DNA of 64,000 bases from Candidatus Bathyarchaeia archaeon (GCA_050010755.1 JBEKKK010000001.1:320001-384000), one strand, 5' to 3'; counted from the stretch's first letter, positions 10,006 to 19,933 are shown. The notes: a model not told the origin generated them from the sequence alone. Numbers and translations: made by a program.

Positions 10006-11073
10006 ATGAAAAAAGCAGACTGCATCAAGACTCCTAGACAGGAAGGCGAGAAAACCCTGACCCTGACCAGCAAGCTTGGGTTGATAAACAAAGACTTAGA
10101 AATTCAAAGAAACGAAGAATTCATCTTCATTCCGCTGACCAAGCGACCATCAAAAGAAGAATTGGAAACTATCAAGAAACAGGTAGCAGACTGCAAAGTC
10201 TCAGTTCACTCTTTTCTGGAGAGAAAGAAACCAGGAATGTCGGTTGCTCAAGTTCTTGAAGACAAGCTTTCACCACAATTGTTGGCATGTTTGCCCCGCG
10301 CTATAGACTTCGTAGGCGACATAGCCATAGTGGAACTCCCTCCAGAGTTGGGGGCGTACAGAACTGCGATCGGTGAGGCTATCTTGAAAACGCACCAAAA
10401 GGTGCGCACCGTGCTTGCTAAGGCGGGCGCAGTAAGCGGGAAGTATCGGTTGAGGGAGTTCACTATCGTGGCAGGCGAACCTAAGACGGACACGATTCAT
10501 AAAGAATATGGATGCCAATACTATGTGGATTTGGCTAAGGCATTTTTTTCTCCACGACTCTCCTTTGAACACCGGAGAGTCGCATCTCAAGTCGAGGAAG
10601 GCGAAGTCGTTGTTGACCTGTTCGCAGGGATCGGACCTTTCGCGATACAGATCGCCAAAAGCCATCAGAGTGTGATCGTCTACGCTGTGGATGTGAACCC
10701 TGACGCGGTCGAGTACCTGAAAAAGAACGTTAGGCTCAACAGGGCTGTGAGGAAGGTTCATCCCATTTTAGGAGACGCGAGACAAGTTGTCAAGGACAAG
10801 CTTTCTGGTGTTGCAGACCGCGTAATCATGAATTTGCCAGAAAACGCCATCGATTTTGTCGATGTAGCTTGCGAAGCCGTCAAACCTTCAGGAGGATTAG
10901 TGCACTTTTACAGTTTCGTTAACAAGTCTGATTCGTTAGAGAATCTCAGGGCTCGCTTCGCTGATGCTGTTGAAAAGTCGGGAAGAAGAGTAGAAGAGAT
11001 CTTGCTTCTGAGACTTGTCCGTGAGACAGCCCCGTACGAGTGGCAAGCAGTGCTAGACGTTAGAATCTGTTAG
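10006..11073 (+). CDS. trm5: Trm5/Taw22 family tRNA (G37-N1) methyltransferase
   Basis: VGDIA, FFSPRL..E, DLFAGIGPF and DRVIMNLP motifs. Confidence 0.88.
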   Translation: MKKADCIKTPRQEGEKTLTLTSKLGLINKDLEIQRNEEFIFIPLTKRPSKEELETIKKQVADCKVSVHSFLERKKPGMSVAQVLEDKLSPQLLACLPRAIDFVGDIAIVELPPELGAYRTAIGEAILKTHQKVRTVLAKAGAVSGKYRLREFTIVAGEPKTDTIHKEYGCQYYVDLAKAFFSPRLSFEHRRVASQVEEGEVVVDLFAGIGPFAIQIAKSHQSVIVYAVDVNPDAVEYLKKNVRLNRAVRKVHPILGDARQVVKDKLSGVADRVIMNLPENAIDFVDVACEAVKPSGGLVHFYSFVNKSDSLENLRARFADAVEKSGRRVEEILLLRLVRETAPYEWQAVLDVRIC

Positions 11074-11075
11074 GC

Positions 11076-11504
11076 TTAGACCATCAGTGTGATTTTCACT
11101 TTCTGAGCAGGGTTCTTTAGTTTCTTGATGAGATCTCTGGACAAGTCAGCTGAAGCTTTGTCTGCTTTCACCGCCAACGTTCTACTACAAATGTAGTTGC
11201 TCTTCCTCACGACTATTTCGTTCGGATGAGCCAAGGTAAGATGCGCGTTTCCGTTCGCCGTGACTCTTTCGGCTATGCCCCCTGCTTCTATTAGAATAGT
11301 CAGTCTGGCGTTTTCTTTGGCCAGTCTTTTTTTGAATTCGGCACTAAAACTCGGCAGAGCCCTGTCTGCTGATACAGCGACTATGCAGTCGCCGGTTCTT
11401 GATACTTCGTCTTCTCTTGTGAACTCTAGGGTTGTGGGATGAATGGCAAGAATGTTCTTGTGTCCCTTGGCAAGTATGATTTCTTTCAATTCTGCAGACG
11501 GCAA
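11076..11504 (-). CDS. DUF371 family protein
   Basis: AKGH.NI.A.HPTTLEFT, GDCI and RKS motifs. Confidence 0.85.
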   Translation of the reverse strand: MPSAELKEIILAKGHKNILAIHPTTLEFTREDEVSRTGDCIVAVSADRALPSFSAEFKKRLAKENARLTILIEAGGIAERVTANGNAHLTLAHPNEIVVRKSNYICSRTLAVKADKASADLSRDLIKKLKNPAQKVKITLMV

Positions 11505-11505
11505 G

Positions 11506-12471
11506 TTATTCCAGAACCTCTATTGAGTCAACTTTTCCGTCGCCGTTCAAGTCAAAGCCTTGAATCACCCTTGCATAGGTCTCCTCGCCTCTGTAGCCTT
11601 TCAGGGTTTTCTGCCAGTAATCGGTAAGTGCCAGTACGCAGGCCTTCGTGCCGACGGCTTTGTTTCCAGCCAAAACAATGATCCGTTTGCTCTTGTCCCA
11701 TTGATTCACAACTTTCGCGACAATTCCAACCGCGTCTGCCGTGTAGACGTGGCCAGTCTTCTTGGAAACCAGACCGCCGAAAAGAAAGCCTTCTTCTGAG
11801 GGTCGCATGTTGAATTTGATGGGTAGACAATCGTTTACTTCTTCTGCAAGCAGGTTCGTTCCAGGACCTCCCACGAGTATCAAGTTGTTCTTTTCCTCCT
11901 TCTCAGCTTTAACGTCAACGTCGAGCTTTATCGCAAAGTCTTCGGGAGGTTTGATGAACTGTCCCAGAAAGAAGGTCAGATGGGAGGCGTAATGCCCATC
12001 CCTTGCGCTTGTCTTAAAGGGCCCGTGCGGCGTCGGGCTGCCAACGACAATTTTTCCGTCAAAAGTGCCGTCCTTTCTCACGAATTCTCTGAAAAATCCC
12101 CGGAGTTGTTCTTCCATTCCCAGCAGGGATAGCTTCTTGATAGTTCTGTACTCTTGCGGAAGTTCGATTCCAAATGCAGGCGCGGCCACTTTGTAGTACT
12201 TTGCCGTTGCCCCTTTCTTCTCCTCTTCTCTCGCGACCGTTACGGCGCCTGCCCTACAGAGTTTTCTAATGTGATAATAGACCTTCTGCTCATGGATACC
12301 CAATCTTCTGGCTATTTCCAGAGGATACATTTCCTTCTCAGAAAGCATGACCAGCATTTTCCAGCTCAACGAGTTCAAGATTAGTTTGAGTTTTTGCGGG
12401 TCGCTGAATAACTCGATGTCTTTGACCTTCTGTGTCTTGTTTTCTTCGCGAAGCAGCAGTCTTTTTTCCAT
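11506..12471 (-). CDS. ArsR-type HTH regulator fused to an S-layer-like C-terminal domain
   Basis: MYPLEIARRLG.HEQKVYYHIRKL HTH; NLILVGGP..N and IVLAG motifs; terminal DLNGDGKVD. Confidence 0.72.
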   Translation of the reverse strand: MEKRLLLREENKTQKVKDIELFSDPQKLKLILNSLSWKMLVMLSEKEMYPLEIARRLGIHEQKVYYHIRKLCRAGAVTVAREEEKKGATAKYYKVAAPAFGIELPQEYRTIKKLSLLGMEEQLRGFFREFVRKDGTFDGKIVVGSPTPHGPFKTSARDGHYASHLTFFLGQFIKPPEDFAIKLDVDVKAEKEEKNNLILVGGPGTNLLAEEVNDCLPIKFNMRPSEEGFLFGGLVSKKTGHVYTADAVGIVAKVVNQWDKSKRIIVLAGNKAVGTKACVLALTDYWQKTLKGYRGEETYARVIQGFDLNGDGKVDSIEVLE

Positions 12472-12497
12472 GGTTGTTCCCAATGATAAACGCCATC

Positions 12498-12590
12498 CAT
12501 TATTAAAAATCTTGTTATGGTAAGTTGGCTCAGATGACCGTGGAAAAACTGGCTGGAATGCTGAAGACCATTAAAAAATATCTTTTAATG
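12498..12590. promoter_or_regulatory. Two related 22-bp imperfect palindromes (candidate operators)
   Basis: CATTATTAAAAATCTTGTTATG (12498-12519) and CATTAAAAAATATCTTTTAATG (12569-12590) match at 17/22 positions. Confidence 0.5.
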
Positions 12591-12735
12591 CCATCTAAGA
12601 ATTCATCATAGTTACTGAATGGTTTGATGGAAAAATCTTGGAAACCGTTTTTAGAACTAAAAACCTTCTCCTAAAAATGCTTATTAGAACAGCAATGCTT
12701 GAATTGCGGTCACTGACAAGCCCTGAGGTCTGGAA

Positions 12736-14565
12736 ATGTGTGGCATATTCGGTTGCGTCTCGAAGGAAGGAAACGTTGCACCACTGATACACGCTGCTCT
12801 GAAGAGACTTGAATATCGTGGCTACGACTCGGTCGGCGTTGTAACCTTGCACGACGGCAAGCTTTATTTGAAAAAAGATCAGGGAAAAATAGATGACGTC
12901 CACAAGATCCAAAACTTGGACGATTTACCCGGCAGCGTCGGCATCGGGCACACAAGATGGGCAACTCATGGCGCCCCACTGCAAGTAAACGCTCACCCCC
13001 ACGTTGACTGCAACGGAAGAATAGCCGTCGTCCACAACGGCATTATAGAAAATTTTGCCGACCTGAAAACGGAGCTTGAAAATCGCGGCCACGTCTTCAA
13101 ATCCAGAACCGACACGGAAGTTATACCCCATCTCATCGAAGAAAATCTCAAAAACAACCCCAATCTGAGCCTCGAGAAAGCAGTGTTGGAAGCAATAAGA
13201 AGGCTCGAAGGATCATACGCGATTGCAGTAGTCTCCACGATAGAGCCAGACAAGATAATCTGCGCAAGAAACGAAAGCCCACTCGTGATCGGAGTCAATC
13301 ATGACGCGGTGTACTTTGGCTCTGACATCCCAGCGTTCCTACCTTTGACGAACAAGGCAATCATAGTGGATGACGGCGAACTGGTTACCCTTTCGACAGA
13401 AGGTGTGGAAATCAAAAAGATCACTGACTCAAAAATCGTAAAGCGAGAGCCAAAAATCATAGACTGGACCCCTGAAATGGCCGTCAAGCAGGGCTATCCA
13501 CACTTCATGATTAAGGAGATTCATGAACAGGCTGAGTGCCTCAGAAACACGCTCAGGGTGCAGGAACACTACGCGGATCTGATGGCCACATTTCTGGACC
13601 GAGCGCGAGAAGTGTACCTCGTCGCGTGTGGAACATCCTACCATGCTTGCTGGGCAGCCTCGTACATGCTTTCAAAACTCGCTTTCCTGCCAACATACCC
13701 AGTCATCGCCTCCGAGTTCATAGAGCAACACGGCAAATCCGTAAACATTGAGAGCACGATCCTGGCAGTGAGTCAATCGGGTGAAACTGCGGATACCCTG
13801 GCCGCGGTGAACGCGGCAAGACAGAGGGCAGCAACCATTCTGGGCTTGACTAACACGATAGGGTCAACTTTAACGCGGGTTTCGCGAGTGTACATCGGCC
13901 AACAGTCAGGCCCGGAAATCGGAGTGGCGGCTACCAAAACGTTCACTTCGCAACTGTCGGTCATGGCCCAGCTGGCCTTGAGACTGGCAAAAAAGAGAGG
14001 TAAAGTCTCTCAGGACGAAATGGACTATTTGGCCGAGAGACTGTGCAAGCTGCCAGACACTGTTCAAACGATAATCGACACACAGGAGGAAAAGGCGAAA
14101 CAGATAGCGAAGAAGTACAAAGACAAGAAAGACTTTTTCTTCCTCGGACGAGGAATCAGCACGGCAACAGCTTTCGAAGGCAGGCTGAAACTCATGGAGA
14201 TAGCCTATGCCCCAGCAATTGCCTTTCCAGCAGGAGAGAGCAAGCACGGCCCCATAAGTCTCATAGAGCCAGGTTTCCCAGTCATATTCGTGTGTCCAAA
14301 GGATGAGACCCACAAGACGTTGATAGGCAACATAATGGAAATGAAAGCCCGAGGAGCCTCAATAATAGCGGTCATAGAAGAAGGAGATGACGAAGTCAAA
14401 AGTCTAGTTGATGATTACATGGAAGTGCCGAGCGGCGTTCCCGAAGTTCTGTCACCGATAGCATTCGTCATCCCGCTGCAACTATTCGCATATTACATGG
14501 CCGTTGAAAGAGGGTACAACCCTGATATGCCAAGAAACCTGGCAAAATCAGTCACAGTGAAGTAG
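12736..14565 (+). CDS. glmS: Glutamine-fructose-6-phosphate transaminase (isomerizing)
   Basis: MCGIFG, LEYRGYDS, GHTRWATHG, SQSGET and PRNLAKSVTV motifs. Confidence 0.97.
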   Translation: MCGIFGCVSKEGNVAPLIHAALKRLEYRGYDSVGVVTLHDGKLYLKKDQGKIDDVHKIQNLDDLPGSVGIGHTRWATHGAPLQVNAHPHVDCNGRIAVVHNGIIENFADLKTELENRGHVFKSRTDTEVIPHLIEENLKNNPNLSLEKAVLEAIRRLEGSYAIAVVSTIEPDKIICARNESPLVIGVNHDAVYFGSDIPAFLPLTNKAIIVDDGELVTLSTEGVEIKKITDSKIVKREPKIIDWTPEMAVKQGYPHFMIKEIHEQAECLRNTLRVQEHYADLMATFLDRAREVYLVACGTSYHACWAASYMLSKLAFLPTYPVIASEFIEQHGKSVNIESTILAVSQSGETADTLAAVNAARQRAATILGLTNTIGSTLTRVSRVYIGQQSGPEIGVAATKTFTSQLSVMAQLALRLAKKRGKVSQDEMDYLAERLCKLPDTVQTIIDTQEEKAKQIAKKYKDKKDFFFLGRGISTATAFEGRLKLMEIAYAPAIAFPAGESKHGPISLIEPGFPVIFVCPKDETHKTLIGNIMEMKARGASIIAVIEEGDDEVKSLVDDYMEVPSGVPEVLSPIAFVIPLQLFAYYMAVERGYNPDMPRNLAKSVTVK

Positions 14566-14709
14566 ACAAATTCAGGATCGACACCACTTGCCAATGGCCC
14601 CGCAGGAGGGCCTCGAAAAGAAAAACCAATTTGGAACCCGTATTGTTGCATCACGCGTTGAGTTCTTTTTTAAACAAGGGAGTTTGAGGCTCACGAACGC
14701 ATTCGTTGC

Positions 14710-14967
14710 CTACGATCGCTCGAAGTTGCCTGCAACTTGCCGTCGAAGCATGTTGGTTATATTGTTTTTCAGATCGTTATAGCAAGCGCCCAGCCTTTTT
14801 GCGTCTTCCTTTGACATTCCCTGTGAGACTAGCTGTTTCTCAAAAGCCGTTCTTGCTTTTCGGACTCTCCATCCGAGGGTCAAGTACATCCAGAAGAGAC
14901 TCGTGCCCAGAATAGCCAAGTGGGGAGTCGCCTTGAACACGGTTTTGACCATTGGTAATGTGCTCAT
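14710..14967 (-). CDS. Hypothetical small membrane-anchored protein
   Basis: ATG ORF with one hydrophobic helix, same strand as upstream cluster. Confidence 0.55.
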   Translation of the reverse strand: MSTLPMVKTVFKATPHLAILGTSLFWMYLTLGWRVRKARTAFEKQLVSQGMSKEDAKRLGACYNDLKNNITNMLRRQVAGNFERS

Positions 14968-15005
14968 TTTTAATCAGTTCCTCAAAAGTTAGGGAGAGAA
15001 AGAGA

Positions 15006-15410
15006 TTATTCTTTTTGCTCTTCCTCGCCTTCTCTTTCTTTGTCAGTATCTCGATTGAGTCTCTCGTCAAGCCTCTCGCGAACCCTTTTCTCAATTTCTC
15101 CGCCAATGTCTTCGCCATGTCTCTCGCCGTGTCGTCCCATACCGCCGCTTCTTAGCATATCGCCGATACTAGTGAAGGTTCGCATGTAATCTTCGGTCAT
15201 TTTCACCGCTACCTGTTCAGGCATCCCGCCGTTCTTCAGCTCTTTGTAGTAAGCCGCCGCAGCTTTGCCCATGCTTCTTCCCGCTTCTTCTGAAAAGACC
15301 GATGCCAAGATGCTCTTTATCAGCGCCGGAACCTCAGAGGAGACAACACTGAGTATCTCTTTGATGTTTTCTGGTTCCATTCTTTTGTCTTTTCTTTCAT
15401 CATCAACCAT
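15006..15410 (-). CDS. Hypothetical protein
   Basis: GGAGGTG SD; helical, charged C-terminus. Confidence 0.7.
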   Translation of the reverse strand: MVDDERKDKRMEPENIKEILSVVSSEVPALIKSILASVFSEEAGRSMGKAAAAYYKELKNGGMPEQVAVKMTEDYMRTFTSIGDMLRSGGMGRHGERHGEDIGGEIEKRVRERLDERLNRDTDKEREGEEEQKE

Positions 15411-15432
15411 TTTTTTCACCTCCCAAATCTCT

Positions 15433-15615
15433 TCACCCTAGATTCAGACGAAGTCTGTTTGAAACAGCCCCTGCCGAAACCGTTTCATTACGGATCAGTT
15501 CAGTCAACCGGCAAGTAGTTTCCTCGATTATTCTGGGTGAATTTGAATTCTTCTCCGCCACAAAGATAGGCACGCTATTCTTCTCCAGTGCGCCTTGCAA
15601 ACATCCAAACTTCAT
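15433..15615 (-). CDS. Hypothetical small protein
   Basis: ATG with GGTGGA SD, in operon position. Confidence 0.4.
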   Translation of the reverse strand: MKFGCLQGALEKNSVPIFVAEKNSNSPRIIEETTCRLTELIRNETVSAGAVSNRLRLNLG

Positions 15616-15683
15616 TCATTTCCACCTTAAACCATTAAAGGAGTGGTCACGAGAGTTAGATGTTCTGTACAAATGTGACCAGT

Positions 15684-16163
15684 CTAGTGGTCAGCCCTCT
15701 CAGTCAACTCGTAAGTAGGAACACGCCCGCCAGCCTTCAGTAAAACACCCTGCTTCATCAAATTTTTCACTCTGTCCCGCACTATACGTCTGCTTGCCTT
15801 TCCTCGCATTGTAGCCACCTGTCGCGTGATGGCCGAAATGTTCAGTGCCCCCTTTACAGCCAATGCTTGCACAATGCATCTTGAAATGTCGTCCTGAGCA
15901 ATGGGCCTCTGGCGCAGGTATTTCTCGGCGCTTCTCAAACGGGAGGCAATCTTCAACGGTTCACCGTACATTCCTATTCCCATCTTCGTCAACCTTAACG
16001 TGGCAGCCAGTCCCTCGTACTCTGGCTTCTCAAGAATCAAGTCTTCTAAAAGATCGAGTCTGCGAATTATCTGGTCGAGTTTCTTACTCAATTCCTCCGC
16101 ATTGGAAACTGTGTCCTCTTTTCCGGTCAAGTTCTCCCTGCTGTTCAAACGCGATTGAGTCAA
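15684..16163 (-). CDS. Coiled-coil plus winged-HTH putative regulator
   Basis: [22 protein letters not shown]...G wHTH pattern; start may be TTG at 16130. Confidence 0.7.
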   Translation of the reverse strand: MTQSRLNSRENLTGKEDTVSNAEELSKKLDQIIRRLDLLEDLILEKPEYEGLAATLRLTKMGIGMYGEPLKIASRLRSAEKYLRQRPIAQDDISRCIVQALAVKGALNISAITRQVATMRGKASRRIVRDRVKNLMKQGVLLKAGGRVPTYELTERADH

Positions 16164-16342
16164 TTAGTAAATCCATCGTTTAAATGGTTGACTAAAAGAA
16201 AACTCAAAGGCCTGTAACTTATTCGGCAATATCGTCAATTTACATATGCAAGATTCTCTAAATTCTGTCCGTTCGACGTAGCGTCGTTTCTTATTCTGCA
16301 TCTTATTTTCAAATGCAAATGCGTTAATAACTTACTTCGTGG

Positions 16343-17070
16343 ATGTCTATTATGGTGCTTCGAGTGGAAGATAGTGAGTGGGAGAAGCTCATCCAGAGCT
16401 TGATTAAGGGTGACATCCTCCGCTCTCCAAAGGTAGTTCAGGCAATGCGCTCCGTTCCGAGGGAGAAGTTCCTCCCCGAAAACATGCGTTCCTACAGCGC
16501 TACAGACACGCCGCTTCCGATTGGGTTCGGGCAGACTGCTTCGGCGCCACATAGCCTCGGCTCAGCTCCGAGACTAGGCGAAACATGGTTTCAATCATGA
16601 ATGAAGCGCTGCAGTTGGAAGTGGGCAACAAAGTTCTCGAAGTCGGAGCGGGTTCAGGTTGGCACGCCGCCACCATAGCGGAGCTGGTTGCGCCGAGTGG
16701 TGCTCCCAGAAGCGAATATGGGCATGTCTACACTGTGGAAATCGTTCAGGAATTGGCTGATTTTGCGAGAAAGAACATAATGAAAGCCGGCTATGGCGAC
16801 CGCGTTACGATAGTCAGTGGTGACGGCTCGCTCGGTTTTCCAGAAAAGGCCCCTTACGATAGGATCTTAGTCACTGCAGCCGCACCCGACATCCCGAAAC
16901 CGCTAATCGACCAGCTAAAGTCGGGCGGCATTATGCTAATCCCCGTTGGAAGCCCATCTCTGTTCCAAAACCTGATTAAGATGACAAAAACAAACGGCAA
17001 AACCAAGGAAGAAAACCTCGGGGGAGTGGCGTTCGTTCCGCTCACGGGAAAACACGGCCACAGATTTTGA
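16343..17070 (+). CDS. pcm: Protein-L-isoaspartate O-methyltransferase, join(16343..16550,16583..17070), 231 aa after splicing
   Basis: Exon 1 has VPREKF..DTPLPIGFGQTASAP; exon 2 has HMVSIM..VLEVGAGSGW..APYDRILVTAA..FVPL; removing 32 nt fuses the frames. Confidence 0.9.
16551..16582 (+). other. Candidate 32-nt bulge-helix-bulge mRNA intron in pcm
   Basis: CGCC(16545-48)/GGCG(16577-80) 4-bp helix with 3-nt bulges ACA(16549-51) and AAA(16581-83); inner stem TAGcCTCGG/CCGAGaCTA; cutting after the 2nd bulge base gives CCA-CAC-ATG. Confidence 0.85.
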
Positions 17071-17110
17071 TGAATCTTTACAATTCTTTTTTCCCAGATA
17101 GGACTTTTGA

Positions 17111-18412
17111 TTATTGGATTCCGAGTTTATCCCTATAAGCGTCTAAATCTAGCCAGCCGTGTCCGCTGATGTTCATGCATATCGTTTTTTCCGCGCCCGC
17201 TTTCTCAGCCTTAAGCGATTCGTCTATCCCTGCTCGGATAGCGTAGCTCGATTCTGGTGCGGGCAGCCATCCTTCAGTCTGCAGGAAAATTCTTGCAGCT
17301 TCGAAAATCGATTTCTCATCGATCGGGTATGAAACCGCCTTAACGATATTGTGTTTTCTCAATAGACTTATGATTGGCCCTGCGGCATGATAGCGCAAAC
17401 CGTCAGCCCTAACTGGCATCATGTCGGACTTGTGGCCTAGAGTGTACATTTTCAATAAGGGAGTATGCTCAGCCACGTCGGCGAAGTCATATTTGTACTC
17501 TCCCTTAATGAGGTTCGGAGCAGCCGCGGTCTGTGCAGCCAAGAATTCGCATTCCCGCTTGCCTTTCAAGACTTCGCCGATGAAGGGAAGTGCGATCCCG
17601 CCGAAGTTGGAGCCGCCGCCAAGGCATCCAACGATCAAGTCAGGCTTCTCATCAATCATATCAAACTGTTTGATCGTTTCTAATCCTATCACCGACTGCT
17701 GCATCATAACATGGTTCAAGACTGAGCCCAGACAGTACACGCTGTTCTCATGCGTCTCCGTGTACTCCAACCCTTCGGAAATCGCGATGCCTAAAGAACC
17801 AGGGCTCTTCGGATTCTTTGAAAGTATCTCTTTGCCCATCTTGGTTTCCTTGCTGGGCGAAGCAAAAACTTTCGCACCTAGAAGCTTTATCAACGTTTTC
17901 CTGTCAGTCTTCCAATCATACACAGATCTAACCCAGAACACGACGCAATCGAGGTTCAAGAGCTTCGCAGCATACGCGAGAGCCGTCCCCCACTGCCCTG
18001 CACCAGTCTCCGTGCTCAACGTTGTCTTCCCCTCCTTCATCGCATAGTAAGCCTGCGCAATCGCCGTGTTGGTCTTGTGCGAACCAGTAGGAGACAAATC
18101 CTCACGCTTGTAAAACAGCTTAACCTTCTTCAACCCCAAGCTTTTCTCCAAGCGTTTCGCGCGATAGAGCGGCCTCGGCCGTCCCATGTGAATGTACAAC
18201 TCACGAATTTCTTCAGGAATGGAAATCCATCTCTGCACTGACATTTCCTGCGCAAGGGACTCTTTGATCATGGTTCTGCCCAAGTACTCCATCCGCGAAG
18301 GACCCGTCTCAGGCTCCTTCGGAGGGGGAAGCGGCTCAGGCAAGTCGGGTACGATGTTATACCACTTAGTTGGAAACTCTTCTATCGACAATGCAATCTG
18401 ATCATGTTTCAT
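17111..18412 (-). CDS. trpB2: TrpB-like PLP enzyme (TrpB2)
   Basis: KRED.SPTGSHK, TETGAGQWG, GGGSNF, GLRYH and PAPES motifs. Confidence 0.92.
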   Translation of the reverse strand: MKHDQIALSIEEFPTKWYNIVPDLPEPLPPPKEPETGPSRMEYLGRTMIKESLAQEMSVQRWISIPEEIRELYIHMGRPRPLYRAKRLEKSLGLKKVKLFYKREDLSPTGSHKTNTAIAQAYYAMKEGKTTLSTETGAGQWGTALAYAAKLLNLDCVVFWVRSVYDWKTDRKTLIKLLGAKVFASPSKETKMGKEILSKNPKSPGSLGIAISEGLEYTETHENSVYCLGSVLNHVMMQQSVIGLETIKQFDMIDEKPDLIVGCLGGGSNFGGIALPFIGEVLKGKRECEFLAAQTAAAPNLIKGEYKYDFADVAEHTPLLKMYTLGHKSDMMPVRADGLRYHAAGPIISLLRKHNIVKAVSYPIDEKSIFEAARIFLQTEGWLPAPESSYAIRAGIDESLKAEKAGAEKTICMNISGHGWLDLDAYRDKLGIQ

Positions 18413-18484
18413 AACCGTTCACCGATATTGAGGAAGCCTATAGTATAATTGGGTGCGCATTAAAGATTTCCGCTGCCGCTACGA

Positions 18485-19519
18485 CTATCCGAACCACTTC
18501 TCAAGCGTCGTTTTTCCCTTTTGACCGGTTATACCCTTCTGCATTTTTTCCAACGATTTGCGAACCCGCTCTTCAGAAAAATCCCTTCCCCGGCAGATGA
18601 AATCCACAACTCCTTCAACATCTGGCGCGCGCCACTCCAGCCTGTAACTGTCTGTCACTTTCGGATGGAGAAAAATCTGCCTGATTCTTTCAGGTTCAAC
18701 CTGAAACTCCGCGTTTTCAACATGAACAACGGCTTGCTCCAAGCTTCCATATTGCTTAATCAATTTTAAGGCAGTTTTAGGCCCTAAGCCCTTGATCCCG
18801 TCAGGGTTGAAGTCCGTTCCAATCAGTATGCCCACATCGACCAGCTGCTCATACGTTATTCCGCACTGATTTAGCACCTGCTGCAACTCCACCAATTCCG
18901 GGACAACGTCGACGTAAATATTCTTGCTGGGAAGCTTTCTTCTACCGGAAATTGTGATGTTCCTGATAAACTTCGGGGCGCCGAAGAGGAGGCTGTCATA
19001 GTCCTGACTTGCACAGTAATCAGCGTCTCCACGCTTGGCTAAGTACGCGGCCTGAGCTTCTCCCTCACTGGGCGCTTGGATCCACGGAACACCCATAAAA
19101 CCCAAGAGTTTCTTGCTGTCTTCCGCCATGTAATCCTTCAAGTGTGATGTGGCCTGAGCGTACACTCTTGCCTCCTCGGGCTTACCTTCCCTCAAAGCCC
19201 TCTCATATCTAACCGTAGCCTCCTCCTTCACCCTCATTCGTCGCTTAATCTCCACCTCTTTAAGAGCAGGCGGTGCACCGTCAAAAACGTAAACAGGTTT
19301 TATCCCCAACTCTACCAAGTTGCTCGTTCGATAAAACAACCCGCTCAGGTGGCTCGTTACTCTTCCACTGCTGTCCTTCAGCGGCGTACCGTCGGGCTGG
19401 CGGATGATGGCCAGAAACTGATACAGAGCGTTGTAAGCGTCGATGGCAATGGATTTGCCGCCCAAATCTTCAAGTTTGACTACCGTCTTGGGAACGAGGT
19501 CGCGGAGGTTTACGCCCAA
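18485..19519 (-). CDS. fen: Flap endonuclease 1
   Basis: IDAYNALYQFL, APSEGEAQA and SQDYDSLLFG motifs; C-terminal PIP-like TLEKWF. Confidence 0.97.
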   Translation of the reverse strand: MGVNLRDLVPKTVVKLEDLGGKSIAIDAYNALYQFLAIIRQPDGTPLKDSSGRVTSHLSGLFYRTSNLVELGIKPVYVFDGAPPALKEVEIKRRMRVKEEATVRYERALREGKPEEARVYAQATSHLKDYMAEDSKKLLGFMGVPWIQAPSEGEAQAAYLAKRGDADYCASQDYDSLLFGAPKFIRNITISGRRKLPSKNIYVDVVPELVELQQVLNQCGITYEQLVDVGILIGTDFNPDGIKGLGPKTALKLIKQYGSLEQAVVHVENAEFQVEPERIRQIFLHPKVTDSYRLEWRAPDVEGVVDFICRGRDFSEERVRKSLEKMQKGITGQKGKTTLEKWFG

Positions 19520-19744
19520 AGGTACCCCCGCAGAACATAGCGTCGAATCAAAATAATAAACTTGCGCGCTCTAAGTGATTCTAGGTGTTTCGACATAGGC
19601 TCTTATCTGTGGCGTTTTGGATGGATACTACGAAATCTACCTAGTTCGATGGTGAGGCGAGTGCAAGTGTTTCCATGCGAATCGTGACTCAAACGATTTA
19701 TAAGGAAGAGTCGCAATTACAGAACGTCACCGAGGACGTTCACC

Positions 19745-19933
19745 ATGAGTGAAAGAGCAGCAACATTAACGCTGATCACTTGTACGAGCTGCAACAAGCC
19801 CATTCCACCAGGAGGGGAGGCAACGAAGTTCATGTGCCCGAGCTGCGGAGAAATACAGATAAAACGTTGCGGAAAATGCCGAAAGTTTGGACGCCCCTAC
19901 AAGTGTCCAAAGTGCGGTTTCATCGGCCCGTAG
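19745..19933 (+). CDS. Zn-ribbon protein (DUF1610/HVO_2753-like)
   Basis: Four CxxC motifs ending CPKCGFIGP; typical position upstream of EF-1beta. Confidence 0.88.
   Translation: MSERAATLTLITCTSCNKPIPPGGEATKFMCPSCGEIQIKRCGKCRKFGRPYKCPKCGFIGP

Noticed and set aside
16343-17070. pcm as two separate genes, a programmed frameshift or a sequencing indel
   Set aside because: There are 32 extra nt rather than a 1-2 nt slip, no slippery sequence is present, and BHB-predicted cut sites restore the conserved motif precisely.
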